Assembly: GCA_950097015.1 (NCBI GenBank)
Contig: CATNEN010000039.1
Location: 14,880,001 to 14,944,000, forward strand
Source of the DNA: Macrostomum hystrix
Lineage: Eukaryota > Animalia > Platyhelminthes
Reading direction: 5' to 3'
DNA: 64,000 nucleotides
Part shown: in pieces, positions 59,494 to 64,000 of the stretch
Position numbering within the stretch: the stretch's first letter is position 1
Layout of the letters: each line of letters opens with the position of its first letter
Notes under the pieces: model-generated
The model's input: only the letters and a program-made list of their open reading frames with translations
Databases searched by the model: none
What the model was told of the DNA's origin: nothing
Made by a program: the position numbers and the translations under genes

Positions 59494-61994
59494 AACGTTG
59501 AACTCGGCCGGACGCCAACGTTGGAAGCGGCCGTTCCTGCCTAGGGAGGCCTAACAGCGGCCGATGGTCCGTCAGCAGGTTGAACTCTCGGCCAAACAGA
59601 TACTGGTGGAATTTTCTGACGCCAAAGACCAGCGCGAGTGCCTCCTTCTCCAGCTGACAGTAGTTCTTCTCAGCGGCACTGAGACTGCGCGAAGCGTACG
59701 CGATCGGTTTGTCCATGCCGTTCTGACTATGGAAGATGACAGCGCCCAGGCCGTACTGCGAGGCGTCGCACTCCAGGTAGAGGTCCTCTGCCGCATTGTA
59801 GTGCACCAGGACACTTGGATGCGTAAGTAGCTGCTTTGCTGCGGCGAACGCTTTGGCCTCACCGCGGTCCCACCGCCACTTCGAGTTTTTCTCCAGCAGC
59901 CGGTGTAGCGGTGCCAGCACGCTGGAGAGATTCGGCAGGAACTTCCCGTAATAGTTGATGAGGCCCAAGAAGCTCCTGAGCTGAGTCGTGTTCGTCGGTG
60001 CTGGTGCATCTAGCACGGCTTGGACTTTGTCGTCGAGTGGGTGCAGTCCCTCTGCGTCAATGCGGTGACCCAGGTACGTGACCTCGTCCTGGAAGAATCT
60101 GCACTTCTCGAGCTTGCAGGTCAGGCCGGATTCCTTGAAGACCCTCAGGACCTCTCTGAGATTGTGCAGATGGCTCGCGTCGTCCTCTCCTGTGATGATG
60201 ACATCATCGATGAAGGATGCTGTGTGCGGAATTCCACGCAGCAGGTTGTCCATCACTCGTTGGAAGACGCTTGGAGCAATCGACACCCCAAAAGGCAGCC
60301 GGGTGTAGCGCAGGAGTCCGACGGAAGTGTTGATTGTACAGACCTCTTGGGCTTCCTCGTCTAGCGGAAGCTGCATAAATGCGTTGGTCAGGTCCAGCTT
60401 AGAGAACTTTTGCCCGCCAGTCAGCCGGGCGAACAGTTCGTCGATGTTTGGCAGGGGGTACGCCTCCGACCTAATCGCTGTGTTGACTTCCTGCTTGAAA
60501 TCTGCACAGACGCGGACGCTGCCGTCCGATTTCATCACTGGCACGATCGGTGACGCCCAGTCGGAGTTCTTGACCGGCATCAGCACTCCTTGGTCGATTT
60601 CCTTCTGCAGCTGCTCTTCGACTTTTTCACGCAGCGCAAAAGGAACAGGTCGCGCCTTGAAGAACTTCGGTCTGGTGGTCTCCTTGATAGACACTGGCTA
60701 GCCGTTGAACTCTCCCAGGCCTTGGAAGACATCTGAGAACTCCTTGATGAGCTTCTCAGCAGAGTCACCGATACGCTTGACCGACTGGCAGTCCAGGCGC
60801 AGCTGAGCCAGCCAATCCCGATCGAGGAGGCTCGGACCGTCGCCGGCGCAAGCTGGTGGTGCGACCGCCCAGCCCAGCGGCTGACCCGGGTGGCGATGCG
60901 GTGGTCCGCTGGCCGGAACCGGACCAGCACGTGCAGCCGGCCCAGGCTCTCCGACGCTCTGCGAGAGAACGCCGGCCTCCTGACTTTTACATGGCCGGCT
61001 TTGCTTGACTGAACTGCTTCTAGGGGGAAAGTAGTGTAAGCAGCTTAGAGTTCGCGGCCCGCAGTGTACACGCTGTGTGTGTTTGCGTGGCGTGATTGGG
61101 AGGTGGGTACGCCCACCCCAGTGTTGCTGCCGACGACTTTCGGCTCCCAGCTGTCTGCTGTCTTCCTCTGGTCGCTGCCGCTCCATGCCGCACAGCGTCG
61201 CTTTCCGTCGATGGCGTCGGTGCTGCCGAGTTCGCTGATCCCAGCGACCGGCAGTTGATGGCTGCCGATTTGCCCGCCCGAGCGATCTCCTTTGCTGTGT
61301 CGAGGTTGAGGGTCGGCTCCATCAGCAGCCGGCGTTGGATTTTCTGATCCGCGATGCCGCACACCAGTCCGACAAGCTGCTGCCAAAGTTGCAGAACTCG
61401 GCCAGCTTCCGCAGCTCTGCCAGAAACTCTGCCACAGTCTCTCCAGCACGCTGGGCTCGGTTGTTAAAGTGGAACCTTTGGACGATCTCACTTGGTCTCG
61501 GGTTGAAATGACCGCTCAGCAGCGAACAGATGTCGTCGTACGATTTACCAGCAACTTTGGCTGGAGAGCCCAGGCTTCTAGCCAATTGAAACGTCTTCCT
61601 TCCACAGACACTCAGCAGGGTTGCTCTCTTCTTGCCCTCGTCAGTGATGTCCTGGGCGAGAAAATGCTGCTCCAGGCGCTCCTGGTATTCATCCCAGGTT
61701 TCGACGGAGTCTTCAAATTCTCCGATTCCGTGGGCCGGCATGGCTGGGCCCAAGTCTCGTCGCCACTGAAATAACTCTAGAATGGTGGTATTTATAAACG
61801 AAACGAAACAGTCAGAGCTCCACGCTCCTGCGTACGGCGATATATATTTTATTCAACGGCACGTTGGGTGTAAGGATTAGGGGGTGATAAAATAGAGCGA
61901 ACAATGATTTGAAAGTCAGCCAGTTAACCAAACAGCTGCCATGCAGCGCGGTGTACTCAGCGTACACGCGCTGGCTGCAAGTCACTACATAACA
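59494..61994 (-). mobile_element. Degenerate Gypsy element D: 5' LTR (~61767-61994), PBS TGGCGACGAG, gag (61753-61130), RT/RNase H (60694-59494); integrase and 3' LTR lost
   Basis: Gag WDEYQERLEQHF..IVQRFHFNNR; RT WASPIVPV, RLPFGV, FIDD; RNase H ECDASQYG, TDHRPL. Frameshifts present. Confidence 0.9.
60840..61124 (+). mobile_element. Antisense, multiply deleted fragment of the Gypsy B family 3' end (INT tail, PPT, 5' part of LTR) inside Gypsy D
   Basis: Matches 25555-25989 with three internal deletions. Confidence 0.9.
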
Positions 61995-62243
61995 ACTACC
62001 AGATCCACTACCACATCCACTGCCACATCCACTACCAGATCCACTACCAGATCCACTACCACATCCACTGCCACATCCACTACCAGATCCACTACCAGAT
62101 CCACTACCAGATCCACTACCAGATCCACTGCAACATCCACTACCAGATCCACTACCAGATCCACTGCCACATCCACTACCAGATCCACTGCCACATCAAC
62201 TACCAGATCCACTGCCACATCAACTACCAGATCCACTGCCATA
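61995..62243. repeat. 12-bp minisatellite ACTACCAGATCC/ACTGCCACATCC
   Basis: Directly visible, ~20 units. Confidence 0.95.
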
Positions 62244-64000
62244 TCTAGCATTTAGCTACTATCAATCATGTTCATGATTGGGCAATAATAATAATAATAT
62301 TAAACTAGGTAATTTAAATTTAGCCAGTAGCTTAGTCAAGTAAAAGTAGAAACTCTAATAGTGAAGTCAATTAACTTAGAGCAGTGAGAAAGGAAAAAAT
62401 GCGAGCTTTTTAAAGTTTTTTTAATTTTTAGTCTCGCTAAATTTCCACTAGAGTATTTTTATGAAGTGAACTAAAAGTGAAAATTATAATAAAAAATTAT
62501 CGCTTTTCAAAGTTCAAAGTTTTCATAAACAAATCGCACTAGAACGGTTACAACACTTATATTTTTACACACTTGAATGCGCCAAAAGAACACAACATAA
62601 TTTTTGACGTCTAAAAATTTTAAAATTTAATTAATACTTATTAGATAGAAAAGCATGCAGGAGAGGTATGCAAGGTTAAAACTAGAAGCATGTGGGTTTG
62701 TTGCGTAAGGTGTACTGGCCCAAACCTTTTAATTAAACAAGTAGAATCGGCAAAGCTTTTGCAAAATCATAATTGAATCACGAGCGAATTATGCGTATTT
62801 ATTGCCTTTTTAGCATTTCCTAATAGAACCACTTTGTCCAGCACTTTAATGAGAAGTATTTAGACAAAAAATGCAAATCAAGGACAGCTAAAAAGTTGAC
62901 TTTCCTAGGCCCTAGCTTATATAGATTCTAGACCTAAATTGTCCCAGAGTTTATGTCTGAAGTATCACAGTACTACTGCATTTTAAGCTTTATTTCATGA
63001 GTATAAGTAATAGGAAGCTAGCCTTAGCTTTTTATTTTATTTCTTTATTGTATACATGTAGCAAAGTTGTTTATGTAATTGGATTTGAGACAACATTTCT
63101 TAATGACTTAATCTTTGGAAATCAGGGTAAGTAGGGGCCTAATTAACTAGGGCCTAACATATATATTATATTAGTGTTTGCTAGCTATAAAAAATCACAC
63201 TAAAATGGTGTAATTTGGCCTAGCTCTTCTGATTTTAAAGTTCAATAACTTAGAAATAACTAGGCCTTGTTTTTAGACTCTGCAATAGCCAGTTCATTGT
63301 AACCATTATCTATGTTTAAGCTAGCTAGTACTTGTATAATCTAGCTAGCTTGGCAACATAATTTTGAAGGTGGAATCAGACTAGGCTCTAGCCTATGCCT
63401 TGGTTTAGCTAGCTTTTGTTGACTAGGTTCTGGTCTCTTTGTCTCATACATCATACGTCTCCGTGGATACGCGAATTCAAATCCATTTGAAAAATAATAT
63501 CGCGAACGAAACCTCAACATTGCCTAGATTTCTAGTATATTAATAGATTATCAGCAGATTTTTTAGTTCTTTGAATAATTCAAATGGATTTGTACTTTTT
63601 GATTTGTGTGAAAGGAAAGTTAAACTCACTGTTCAAATATAGCACACTAGTTATGAGAATAACAGACTGATATCTTACATGTACTTTTATTATACATGCA
63701 CAACCTCCCAAATCTTAGCCGGCCGTGCGACTTAGTTTTTGCTCTATTTACAACTTAGTTCGTTTCATTGCTCTTTTTATGACTTAGTTTGCTCTTATTT
63801 GCTCACTTTTTTTCTTCCTTTTTTCCTCTTCATCACACCTTCTTTTTTTGTCCCTTGGTCCCCCCTTTGACTTTTTTCCACTTGGTTGATTGGTTTTTGC
63901 GACTTACTTTGCTTGGCCCTCGTTTGACCTGGCTGGGTGTTGCACATGTATATACTTTTATGCTTTTATGATGGGCCTAGCATACTTTTTGTAGAGAAAA

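Noticed and set aside
61941-62255. Thr/Ser/Arg-rich mucin-like ORF
   Set aside because: It starts inside an LTR and reads through a 12-bp minisatellite; no signal peptide or splice support.

Overview
Repeat-dense eukaryotic DNA, probably from an invertebrate animal: spliceosomal GT-AG introns, Bel/Pao, Gypsy, LINE, SINE, P, hAT and piggyBac elements, and many minisatellites. The species cannot be determined from the sequence. Most of the window is nested transposons, and several have exact LTR, TIR or TSD boundaries. The main host feature is split up by the ORF track: a tandem family of four two-exon minus-strand genes (15788-16806, 31163-32247, 35562-36943, 38476-39278). Each encodes a signal peptide, an 8-Cys three-finger/Ly6-uPAR-like domain and a 6-Cys domain. 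Copies 1-3 then have a mucin-like heptad stalk (12, 15 and 28 repeats) and a GPI-type hydrophobic end; copy 4 has no stalk and ends in a transmembrane helix with a short tail. Signal peptides and 5' flanks are nearly identical, and the introns of copies 1, 3 and 4 differ by only 1-3 nt, while the inter-cysteine loops are hypervariable. This suggests a rapidly diversifying cell-surface recognition family. All coordinates and counts were read by eye; no database searches were run.
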